From Takakia lepidozioides (taxonomy: Eukaryota > Plantae > Bryophyta), in assembly GCA_030704615.1 (NCBI GenBank), contig CM060733.1:63302001-63366000 (forward strand): 64,000 nt of DNA. Direction: 5' to 3'. Each line of letters opens with the position of its first letter. Within the stretch, counting starts at the first letter, position 1. The notes under the pieces were generated by a model. It saw only the letters and a program-made list of their open reading frames with translations. It was not told the DNA's origin and searched no databases. The position numbers were made by a program, and so were the translations under genes. Shown here piece by piece: positions 26,970 to 38,100 of the stretch.

Positions 26970-28700
26970 TGCCCATCATTTGCTCATAGGTATCCAAAGC
27001 CTCTATCCCGTGACCCTGCTAGGCATATCCTGCGATCATCACGTTCCATGATACCACATCTTGTGCATCCATCTTATCAAATAGTGCCTTTGCATCCTCG
27101 ATGGACCCACATTTGGCATAAAAGTCCATGAGGGTATTGTTCAGAATCACCTCTGGTACAATTCCAGCTTTGGCGATGTCACCATGCACCTCTTTGCCCT
27201 TTTCCAGGGCTGCTAGGCTTGCACAAGCATTGCGAACGCACACAAAACGTGATGTGGTTGCACTTCACCCCTTCCCCCATCAATTGCTCATACGTCTCCA
27301 AGGCCTCCATCTCGCGCCCCTGCTGTGCATACCCTGCAAGCATCATGTTCCACGACACCACATCTCGTTCAGCCATAGTGTTGAACAATCCCTTCGCATC
27401 CTCAATGCTCCCACATTTGGCATACATGTCCACCAGGGCAGAGTTCAGAATGACATTGGGTACAATTCCAGCTTTGACAATATCACCATGGACCTCTTTG
27501 CCCTTTTCCAGGGCTGCCAGGCTTGCAAACGCACACAAATGTGACGTGGTTGGGCTTCACCCCTTCGCAGATCATTTGCTCATAGGTCTCCAAAGCCTCC
27601 ATCCCGCGCCCTTGCTGTGCATATCCTGCAATCATCGCACTCCACAACACCACATCTCGTTCAGCCATATTGTCGAACACTCCCTTTGCATGCTCGATGC
27701 TCCCACATTTATCATGCATGTCCACCAAGGTATTGTTCAGGATCACATCTGGTACGATTCTAGCTCTGACAATGTCGCCATGCACCTCTTTGCTCTTTTG
27801 CAAGGCTGTCAGGCTTGCACACGCATTGCAAACGCACACAAACGTGAAGTGGTTGGGCTTCACCCCTTCCCCCATCATTTGCTCATAGGTCTCCAAAGCC
27901 TCCATCCCGTGCCCCTACTATGCATATCCTGCAAGCATCGCACTCCACGACACCACATTTCGTTCAGCCATATTGTCGAACACTCCCTTTGCATCCTCGA
28001 TGCACCCACATTTGGCATACATGTCCACTAGGGCAGTATTCAGGATGACATCTGGTAGGATTCCAGCTCTCACGATGACGCCATGCACCTCTTTGCCCTT
28101 TTCCAGGGCTGCCAGGCTTGCACATGCACTGCAAATGCTCACAAATGTGATGTGGTTGGGCTTCACCGCTTCCCCCATCATTTGCTCATAAGTCTCCAAA
28201 GCATTCCTACCACACCCATGCTTGGTAAATCCTGCCAACATTATATTCCACGTGATCAAAGATCGTCGAGGCATTTTGTTGAACACTTGGTGAGCATCCA
28301 TGATGCTCCCGCACTTAACATACATGTTGACAAGGGTGTTGAGGAGAAAAACATTTGGCGTGAATCCACTTTGGATAATGTGAGTGTGCACCTGCTTTCC
28401 AACTTCCAGGCCTTTCACCTTGATGCACTTATGCAAGAGACAAATATGCGTTTCTGAATCTGCTGAAATGTCTCCTTGGTTTAAAGTCTGTAGAGCCTCT
28501 TTCAGTCTGCGTGCCTCACAAGGCATCTTCACATGCCCAGAAGTGCTAGAAGAGGGCATTGTGGACTCCCTCTCTTGATCCTCTTCCAGAAGCTGTGGTC
28601 TTGGTTGAGGTGCCTGATTTTATCAACTGTGACGTTGCAGCTGCTGCCTTTAGTTGACCATCTACCCATGCAGGTTTCTTGTAGCTATTGATCCTAGCTA
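26970..28700 (-). pseudogene. PLS-class pentatricopeptide-repeat (RNA-editing-factor type) pseudogene
   Basis: Repeated ~101-aa triplets ([39 protein letters not shown]...EGVKPNHITFV..CNACASL). Stop at 27918 and frameshifts. No E/DYW domain seen. Confidence 0.92.
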
Positions 28701-28769
28701 GTGCCTTGTCTATCAATGTGCTACTGCCGCTGTTGTTTCCAGTTGACCATCTACCCACTTGTAGCCGCT

Positions 28770-29400
28770 GTGCTATTGAAGAAGGTGCCCCGTTTCCCCC
28801 ATTTTCCAGAGGTCCTAGGCTTGCACACGCTTTTGCAAACACAAACACCCACGCGTGGTAAATCCTTCCAGCATTGTATTCCATGAGATCAAAGATCGTT
28901 GAGGCATTATGTTGAAAACTTGGTGAGCATTCATGATGCTCCCGCACTTAACATACAGGTTGACAAGGGTGTTGAGGAGAAAAATAGTTGGCGTGAGTCC
29001 ACTTTGGATCATAATGTGAGTGTGCACTTGCTTTCCAGCTTCCAGACCTTTCCTCTTGATGCACTTAAGCAAGAGACAGACATACTTATCTAAATCTGCT
29101 GAAATTCGTCATTGGTTTAAAGTCTGTAGAGCCTCATTTAGTCTGCCTGCCTCACAAAGCATCTTGACATGCCCAGAAGTGCCAGAACAGGCATTGTGGA
29201 CTCCCTCTCTTGATCCTCTTCCAGAAGCTGTGGTCATGGTTGAGGTGCCTGATTTGATCATTTGTGCCGCTGCTGCCGCGGCTTCCAATTGACCATCTAC
29301 CCATGCAGGTTTCTTGTAGCTATCATTTCACAGGGAATCATAGGTGATCTGGAGCTTGAAATCCGGCCCGCTTCGATCTCAACCCACACTCTATCCCTGC
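28770..29400 (-). pseudogene. Truncated tandem duplicate of the PPR gene 5' part
   Basis: LEAGKQVHTHI..SGLTPTIFLLNTLVNLYVKCGSIMNAHQVFN duplicates 28250-28700. Confidence 0.85.
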
Positions 29401-31004
29401 TCCTTCATTCCAGAGCTTCTCCTAGTTTTTGTTATCTGTTTTCAATACTTTCCTGTTGCCACATAGGCAGTAACATATCAAAATCACTTCAAAACCCCCG
29501 GTACCATAGATCCACCAAGAGCTAACTTGCAGAATTCAACATGAAAATTAGGGACAACTCTAATAACAGGGAAAACAGGCTGAAATGTATTGAAGAAGGT
29601 GCCTCCGTTACCACTGCCTGGTTCTATCAACCGAGTCTGATGGGAGGGAAAAGCAGGCTGAAATAGGTCAAAGAAGAAGGTGCCCTCACCACATTGTCCT
29701 CGACCTTGTGTCATGACCCATGGAGGATTTGACTGACCATGAACCTAAGAGAACCTCTTGTGTGTGCTGCTTGTGTCTGTAGTCAGGTAATGTCTGATTG
29801 GTATGTGAGAACCACCACGGTGCAGCTGAGCGGGCAGAAATTGAAGCACGGCCTGCTAAGACCAAGCTGACTCTTCCAAGAACCTTGTAAACATCAGGAA
29901 GGATACCAAAGCACGGTACTAACAGGAGCCAAGAGCCCACATTTGCAGGATGGACAAACTTCTTCACATCATACATTAAGAAAAAGCCACACCTTGAGAT
30001 TGCGGTTGTCCCACCATCGTGAAGGATCTTTAAAAACTCATGCCAGCTCTGCTCCGTGCTGCAAATTCAGGGCTGAGTCTGATGAGAGCGCAAAACAGGC
30101 TGAAATAGGTCAAAGAAGAAGGTGCCCTCACCACATTGTCCTCGACCTAAGACCAAGCTGACTCTCCCCAGAATGGCGAGCTCTCAGCCGAAACCTAGTC
30201 CTCGCAAACATACCCTAGCGTTTGTCGGGTTGCTTGCTTTTCAGATGCGAAGGTTGCTCCAACTGCGGGCCTCCCATGCATGTTTGCCCTCCCTCCCGCT
30301 CGCTGCTCTAAGTCCCAGCCCTCTCTCTCTCCCTCCCGCTCACTTGCTCTAAGTCCCAACCCTCTGTTCACAGCTACCGGAATAGGCAACTTTTTAAAAA
30401 AATTAACCTTTTGCAAACCCTACAAGCAACTTTTGCAAAAAAATTTAAACCTTTTGCATTTTGATCTTTAAACCTTTTGCACTCTGCAACAAGTTTTAAA
30501 GGTACCATGTACTAGCTCTACCCTGTTTTCATTTTACAATGTTGAATGATTCATATTTATGTCCCTGCACTGATATGGCCACACTTAATTTGACTCCCTT
30601 CAATCATAATATGAGGACTGTTAAGCTTGCATTGCATTCCGTTTACATTGCAAAGTGCAACAACCACCTCTTCGTCTTTCCGAGGGCAGATTTCTGAAGT
30701 TCATGATTTATTCCATTTGCAGCGGAGTACTAACTAAACCCATACACCACAATCAGTGGAAATAATTGTATGGTCCCATTTCACACAGATGTGTAACATG
30801 CCATGTAAACTAAGCCAACCCCTGCCACACTCATGGCTGTTTTCACACCGTTCTTGCCTGGGGTGTGGACCACATATGAGACACCCCACAGTTAGGGCAT
30901 ATTTAGACCCACACCTTGGCTCAGTCTACAGACCCGTGATAAAAGCCGTGGAATGTGCCAGGTGTGAGATGGCATACGCGTGGGAAAAATCGGTTTATCT
31001 TCTA

Positions 31005-31259
31005 GTGTCATACTATTCCAGCCCCCTCACATGCCCATGGAACTAACCATGTATGCCAGCCCGCATCATAGAGACTGCCTCTTTGGCGCCACAGGCGCCG
31101 CTACCCAACATAACTGGTCTGATAGAGGCCTTTCTCACCCCCCTCCCGGTACCCCAACACATGAAGCTCTCCAATGGGCGCGTTTAGCCACTCACGCCTC
31201 TCCGTATGCCTTCACAATACTCATCCTCACCCAACAAAAATCACCTGACGACTCCCACC
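31005..31259 (+). mobile_element. 5' piece of a Dualen/RandI-like non-LTR retrotransposon fragment, split by element 2
   Basis: Frame DSHPLL|RLPTGARLLATVEP continues at 47133 after removing element 2 and one TSD. Confidence 0.7.
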
Positions 31260-31724
31260 CCCTCCTACGGGGGCTGCTATTTCATGAGCCATGAGCGGCA
31301 TGAGCCATGAGCAGAGTCGTGAGTGTCGAACAAAACATGAGCATGACTATTTTCCGGAAATGAGTGTCCGCGGGAATAGGGTTGAGGGTGTCACGGTCAT
31401 AGGGGGAGAAGGACCTCCTGATGAAGGAGGTTCGACAATGTTTTTTAGAATTACATATTGAAAGGCAATGTTTCGCGAATGGTAGGGTGTCACTGCTATG
31501 TACAATGGGGGCCCATTTCAGCCTACCAGCCACTTGCAAAATCCACCCACACTCCCAATCCCAAACGAAATGAGGAATGATGCATTCTGGGAACGATGGA
31601 TACAAAATAGAACAAAAAGACGGTACTATGGGGTTTTTATTGATCCACATGAATTGCATTTGAAGCACGTCTATTGTGCTGATTGTGCAAACAAATCTTT
31701 AGCCATGTGCCTTCTGAATACAAG

Positions 31725-32430
31725 TCACGTTGTCAATGGGACTTCGACTGCTCTGAAAACTAGCTCATGAGTCATCGGGCTCCTCCAGGTAAACTGGATT
31801 GCAGCCGTTGTACCGCCCCTGTTGATGTTCACCACAATGTCGTGCCCTTCAATCATACCACCATCGAATATGGAAAGCTTCACGTTTTCGTCGTCCACAC
31901 CAATGCGAATGTCCCCATACAATGGAGAAGAGGAGCGCACTCCTTCAAGAGAATACGTCTCTCCGATGGAGTCCACCCACGTCCACTGGCAGCAGTTCCA
32001 TCGCAACAGCATAGCAGTGCGCATTCTTCTGCATGGGTGCCCGTCGTAGCTGGAGCCACGGACTCCTCAGACCAAGATCGTCACCCCGCTCAAAGGCGTA
32101 GTGGTCTGGGATATACTCAAAAGCGGACAATGTTTCCACATTCGAACCAGTATCTTCTGTGTAAACTGTGTACCAGATAACGATGTCTCCCGATGTGGCC
32201 GAATACATTGCATAATCGAAGCCTCCATAAGGGCAGTCGTCCCGGTTCCGGAAGCACGACATCCTTGCAAAGGAGGACCTGAGGACGTCTTTGATGCCGA
32301 TGACAATGACCTTGCGGACAGCAACAAAGCCCTTAGATTTTTGAAATGATGAGAAGCGGAAGAGCAGTGCGGGCTCCAATAATGGAGCATCTGGGTCCCA
32401 CGTACCCACCAATCATCGTGTAACGTGTTC
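31725..32430 (-). pseudogene. Unknown cargo protein, copy A
   Basis: VLRSSFARMSC.RN..DCPY.G.DYAM ... YGDIR ... DGGMIEGHDIVV ... ELVFRAVEVP; one frameshift; paralogous to copy B. Confidence 0.65.
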
Positions 32431-32779
32431 ATCACGCCAGCGGTGGATGAACCGATACCTCTTTCTCATCCACAGGGTATAGTTTGAAATCTGCCACCGA
32501 AGTCCATCCCCCGGATGGAAATTCGGCGCCGCATTTACATCAAAGGGGGGATGGTCTTCGTCGTCTCGAATGGCTATAGGCCCACCTGGCACTTACTGCC
32601 CATAGTTTGCATGGCAGGGAAGGAAACTGAAACGGCTACATTCATGGAGTAGCCAATCTTCATCCGCGCAGGTTCCTGTAGAGGGGAAATTTAAATGTGC
32701 CCTGGAGTGTTTGTGAGGAATTGCAGCGTTTGCTTGAACTTCTTCCAGCCACCCCGCTGCTGCCTCCTCCATCCGGGAG

Positions 32780-33397
32780 CTGCTGTCATTGAGCGTACTC
32801 CGCTACTCTTTTTCAAGGATGTCGTGCCGCCGAAATCCTGCTGACTGCCCTTATCATGGCCACGATTATGCTATGTTCAAACCAGAATCAGGAGACATCA
32901 TTGTCTAGCTCTCTGTTTTCACAGACGCTTCTGGAATCAAGCGAGACTCTTTGCGCGCAATGGAGTATTTGGAGGGCTATTACCACTTTGAGCGAGGTGA
33001 GGGCGAGGGTCAATGCGGTCTGTGGTACCTGAAAATTGTTGACCTCGATATACCAAGGTGGAATGGGATGCCGGACAGATCACGCACGGCCTCGCTTTGG
33101 CACTGGAACTGCTGCTAGTGGACCAGGGAGGACGGCACCGGGGAAAACTATATTCGTGGAGTTCACTCCGCTCTTCCAATGTATGGAGACATTCGGCTGA
33201 GTTGCAAAGACGAATCGCACGAGCACATGAGGCCCACAGTGACCTTGTCAATGTATGATGGTGGTATCATTGATGGGCATGACATTGTCGTCAGCTCCAC
33301 CAAGGGCACCAGAACGACCGCATTGCAGTTTACCTCGAGGTGCCGCATCAGTAATGAGCTTGTTTTGAGGGCTATCGAAGTTCCGTCAACTTGGTGA
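32780..33397 (+). pseudogene. Unknown cargo protein, copy B (divergently oriented paralog)
   Basis: VLRYSFSRMSCRRNPADCPYHGHDYAM ... YGDIR ... DGGIIDGHDIVV ... ELVLRAIEVP; in-frame stops; start uncertain. Confidence 0.65.
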
Positions 33398-33669
33398 TGC
33401 CCATGTAGAAGGAGGAAGGGCTTAGATTTGTCTGGAGTTGCTAAATGTGAGACACCGTGTTCGATCAATAAAACAACCCATTGTACCTCACTTCTGTGTG
33501 CTTGTGTTTCATTATGTTCAAGAACTGCCGTAATTGGCCCACTGTTTACAATTTGTGGTCTCATTTCTACAATGTATCTATCCAGATGAATATACCAGAG
33601 TCAGCGATATCAGAGTCCTGAGGTGAAGGAAATCCATGTATGAGTAAAAGGAAACATGTACATGCCGAA

Positions 33670-35050
33670 GCTCGGAAATTCGGCACCGTGTTTCATTTTT
33701 CTCCATGCAGCGATTTCTGGCAGCTCCATTTCCTCCGTTGTGGTCGTAACGGAAATGCTGTACCGCATTTCATTTCTTGACATGGCATTACCATACTTCG
33801 AATTGGAAATGCGGCACCACATTCCCATATTGGACCTTGAATTGTCCAAGCATGTCCAATCACCAATGCTTGTCCATGTCCATACTGGAAATGCGGCACC
33901 GCATTTCCATGTCCGTCATCGAAATTTCGTAACGGACAATGGAATGCGGTGCCGCATTTCCGTCGAAGGGTCTGGAATTGGACAAACAACGATGTCCGTT
34001 CTGAAAATGCGGCACCGCATTTCCATGTCCGTCATCAAAATTTTGTATTGGACAATGGAATGCGGTGCCGCATTTCCGTCCAGCTAGATGGGATACCCAC
34101 ACGGGTCTGGAATTGGACAAACAACGATGTGGGCCTTGGAAATGCGGCGACGCATTTCCATGTTTGGCAATCGAAAGTTCTTATTGGACAATGGAATGCG
34201 GTGCCGCATTTCCGTCGAGCACGATGGAATGCGGTGCCCCATTTCCGTCGAGCACGATGGAATGTGGTGCCGCATTTCCGTCCAAGGGTCTGGAATTGGA
34301 CAAACAACGATGTCCGTTCTGGAAATACGGCACCGCATTTCCATGTCCATCATCAAAATTTCGTATTGGACAATGGAATGCGGTGCCGCATTTCCGTCCA
34401 ACAAGACGGAATGCCCACACGGGTCTGGAATTGGACAAACACCGATGTCTGTTTTGGAAATGCGGCACCGCATTTCCATGTTTAGCAATCGAAAGTTCTT
34501 ATTGGACAATGTAATGCGGTGCCGCATTTCCGTCCAGCACGATGGAATGCGGTGCACATTTCCGTCAAAGGGTCTGGAATTGGACAAACAACAATGTCCG
34601 TTCGGGAAATGCGGCGCCGCATTTCCATGTACGTCATCGAAATTTCTTATTGGACAATGGAATGCGGTGCCGCATTCCCGTCTAGCATCATGAAATGCGG
34701 AGCCGCATTTCCGTCGATGGGTCTGCAGTTGGAAAAACGTCCATCTCCAAAATGGAAATGCAACACCGCATTTCCATGTCCGCCACTTAGATAACATGTT
34801 CGACCTCCGCATGCGGGGTGACATTTCCATCTACCTCCATGGAAGGAGCTGGCAATCGGCAAAACTGCCGTGTCAAAAACGGAAATGCGGCACCGCATTT
34901 CCGTTCGGCCGAACAGTTTCTGATGTCCAAACCATGAAACGGAAAATTGTTCTTGCCCCGGTTTTGGAAATGCGGTGCTGCATTTTCAAAGGAGGTTTTT
35001 GCAGTTGCCACATTTCCGTTCCTACATGGAAATGCGGTGCCGCATTTCCG
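33670..35050. repeat. Array of the element-2 palindrome GGAAATGCGG-NN-CCGCATTTCC (~23 copies)
   Basis: Copies from 33753 to 35030 with spacings of 33, 53-54, 62-63, 74 and 82-85 bp. Confidence 0.95.
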
Positions 35051-35185
35051 ATTTTGGGAGGGACGTGGTTTGGACGATGGTGTCGTTGAGAAGCACATGG
35101 GAGAGGGGACATGAAGGACGGGGAGAATTTCCTTTATATACTCTGGAAGAGAATTTAAATGTACAGAGAGTTCATTAAAATTCTA

Positions 35186-38100
35186 TTAATCTTGAAAATC
35201 ATCACTATCGTCGTCCTGTCCTTGACTGTCCTGCTCCGCCTCCACCTCGTCATTGCCTTTCTCATCTCCAGCGGACTGCTCGTTGGCCAGGCTTTCAAAA
35301 ATTCCATCTTCCCCTTGCGGAACCGACCATCTCACCTCCGTTGGGTCGTCGTCCTCCCTGTCTGCATCGCTCTCATCCGCTGAATCACATATGAACTTTC
35401 GCACCCGTCTACCTATCTCAGCTGTTGCCAACTCTTTCCTTATCCTTTTGTCCTCCCTAGCCCTCTCCAAAATCTGCTCTACTTTACTGGGATTCTCACA
35501 TCGTCTAATCGCTGTATTTGCGGGTTTAGCTGCATAACTAGGAAGGGAGTAGTCCTTCACCGGGCTCGTCATGAAGTCGGCCCTCGCAAAGAACGGGACA
35601 TTCTTCCTGGCAGGGAGTTTAGGCCCTACATGTTTCGACCCGGATCCTGGAATCCTGCACATAACAATCACCAACGAGACCAATGAGAACCACAGTCCGG
35701 AAATGCGTTTGACAAAAAATCACCCAGAAGGCTTTGCAAACTTACAATGTTTGCACTCACTTGTATTCCGGGTTCTCCTCGGCATCAATGTCCACTGTCT
35801 CTTCCTCCGACTCTGACGAATCCGAGGTGTCTTTGGCTTTGATGGGAGCCTTCACATTCCGTTGCAGCCCTTCCAGATGGGATCCCCAGACGGATGTGTC
35901 CTCCTCGTAGGCAAAGAGGTGCCGGTTGGAAAACCGCCCAGCCCACATTGAGGCACCTGTTACAATGCCATCCACATATTATAACATGGCCCTTCAGATG
36001 TTGCGAATTAAAGCATAACGAGAATTTGCAGAACAACATAGAACAAGATTCTGCATACCTGTCCCACAGATGAGGTCGAGCACTGTGCCCTCCACGTCAG
36101 TGCATGTCTCCATAATTGTCTGAATGAAGGCAGGGCTCCGAGTCCGTGAATACCGCAGGGGTTCCGTTGAAGTGAGGCTATGAGGGAGAAGTTCCATGGG
36201 AACGTTGTTGAACATGACGTCGTAATCGATGGGGTCGCAATTCGGGTCAACCAACAATCCCTCCTTCTGGAAAGCAAAGGTGGAGTTCTCCTTCACAAAG
36301 CAGTATGCATCGAACTGCTTCGTCTGCATACACAGTGGGGAACGATTAGAAATCGAATGCGGCACCGCATTTCAAAACACCTAAGAAAATGAAAGGACGA
36401 GTGCCAATGTCGTAATTACCTTCTTCCTTTCCGACCGAAGGCCCAATGTGTTGATGCACGTCCACTTCTTCTTCAGAATTGGGACGGCGCTGTTGCAGGT
36501 CCACTTTACAATTCCTGTTTGCGTGTTTTTTCCTCTGCTTGCCAGGACAACCACACAGCCTCTATCGTCCAACACCATGCGGGCGAGCCCGAATCCTTTC
36601 TTCCAAAAGTCCTCGGAGAACCTGTTCCAAGATGGCAAAGCTTGCAGTCCTTCCACAGGCTCTCCGTTCGGAATATCCAAGATGATCATATCGCAAGACC
36701 ACTCGGTGGCATTTCCGCCCCTCCTACAATCCTTGTCTGCACACACCCTCTCAAAGAACGAGACCATCTTCAGAAACCCAGGGGTGTCGGAAGGCTCTTC
36801 GGCGCCGCCTTCTTAAGTGCTCTGCCCTTCAGACCCTCCATGGTCTTCATGTATGCCAACTTGGCTGCCCATCCATCCAAAGCCGCCAAGAAACTCTCAT
36901 TTACACACTGGACTACTGTATCGGGATCCACTTTTGGTCTCTTCATTTCCACCGGCTCGAAAGGGTGCCCCCCCGGGGGGTTGAAGAGTGCCTTCTTTGC
37001 CGAGCCTGTTCTTGTCCCTCTCGTGACAACGGTGGGCACAGGGGATTTTGGCTACGTTTCGGGGGGTGGGCTGGTTGCAAAGTCTCCATCGGAGTCCTCT
37101 TCGTCACCCTCTTCCTGCTCTAGCTGTTTCTGCTTCTTTGTTTTCTTGGGTGTCACAACTGCTGCTCCTTGCTGGCGAGTCCTCTTCTTCGACCCCTTCT
37201 GTTGAGCCTGCACAGCTGCATCCACCGTCTTCTGTGCCATCTCAGCTGCCTTTCTGGATTGTTCCAGAGCAGCAGCTTCCTTTGCCGACTCTGGCCCAGC
37301 AGGGACACGTCTTTCTTTTCTCTTCTCTTCTGCTTTCGCGTGCAGATCTTTCTCAGACTCGTCAACAATTCCGCCAGACATGTCCAGGTACTACGGGCAT
37401 CCAACAAGATGCGCGGCATGCCATTGTTTCTGCATCTCGGGTGTGTAGACACAGCTTGGGCCCGCCACGGTCCAAGCCATGAAGAACGGGGGCTCTTGAG
37501 CCAGGGCCCCTGTCTGAAGAAGCACGTATTTCATATACCTGCAAGGCAGTCAGCATGCGTGAGCAAAAGTTGAGACCAACGTATTTGCAGAGTGCAACCG
37601 AAAACATAAAATGCGAATGCGGTGCCGCATTTCCCAGACAAACCTCATAACCAGGCTTCGCATACAAGGGCAGCTGGGCTTCACCTGTAAACAATTCGCA
37701 TTGCAGCTTTTCCCGCTCCCTCCTGATGTGTAAACTCTACGCTCCTTCTTGCTGTCTGTAGCTCCCTGGCGAAGAGGTTGTCCTTGTACACACATCTGAA
37801 ACGTGTAACGTAGTCTTCCATTGTCTATGTTCCATCCCATTTGACGTACAAGCCGAACGAATTTGTATGCATTACGACTTGCTCCTTCGCATTTGTCATT
37901 ACCTGCGATTCCCACATGCATTGTCACGTAGTAGTTCAGGGAATTCATTTCAGAAAAGCAAATCTGGGGAAGTACCTTGAATTACCTGGAACCACCAAGT
38001 CATGCGGTTGAGCCACACATCCACTGCAGGGTCGGAAACTTCGAGTGGAAAAGACCACATTGTCCTTATACTCTCCGATGCATTCCAGATCGACAGCCAC

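Noticed and set aside
33610-35112. Many overlapping ORFs (CGAAFP/MRCRIS/NAAPHF peptides), also at 40728-42085
   Set aside because: Translation artefacts of the palindromic repeat arrays.
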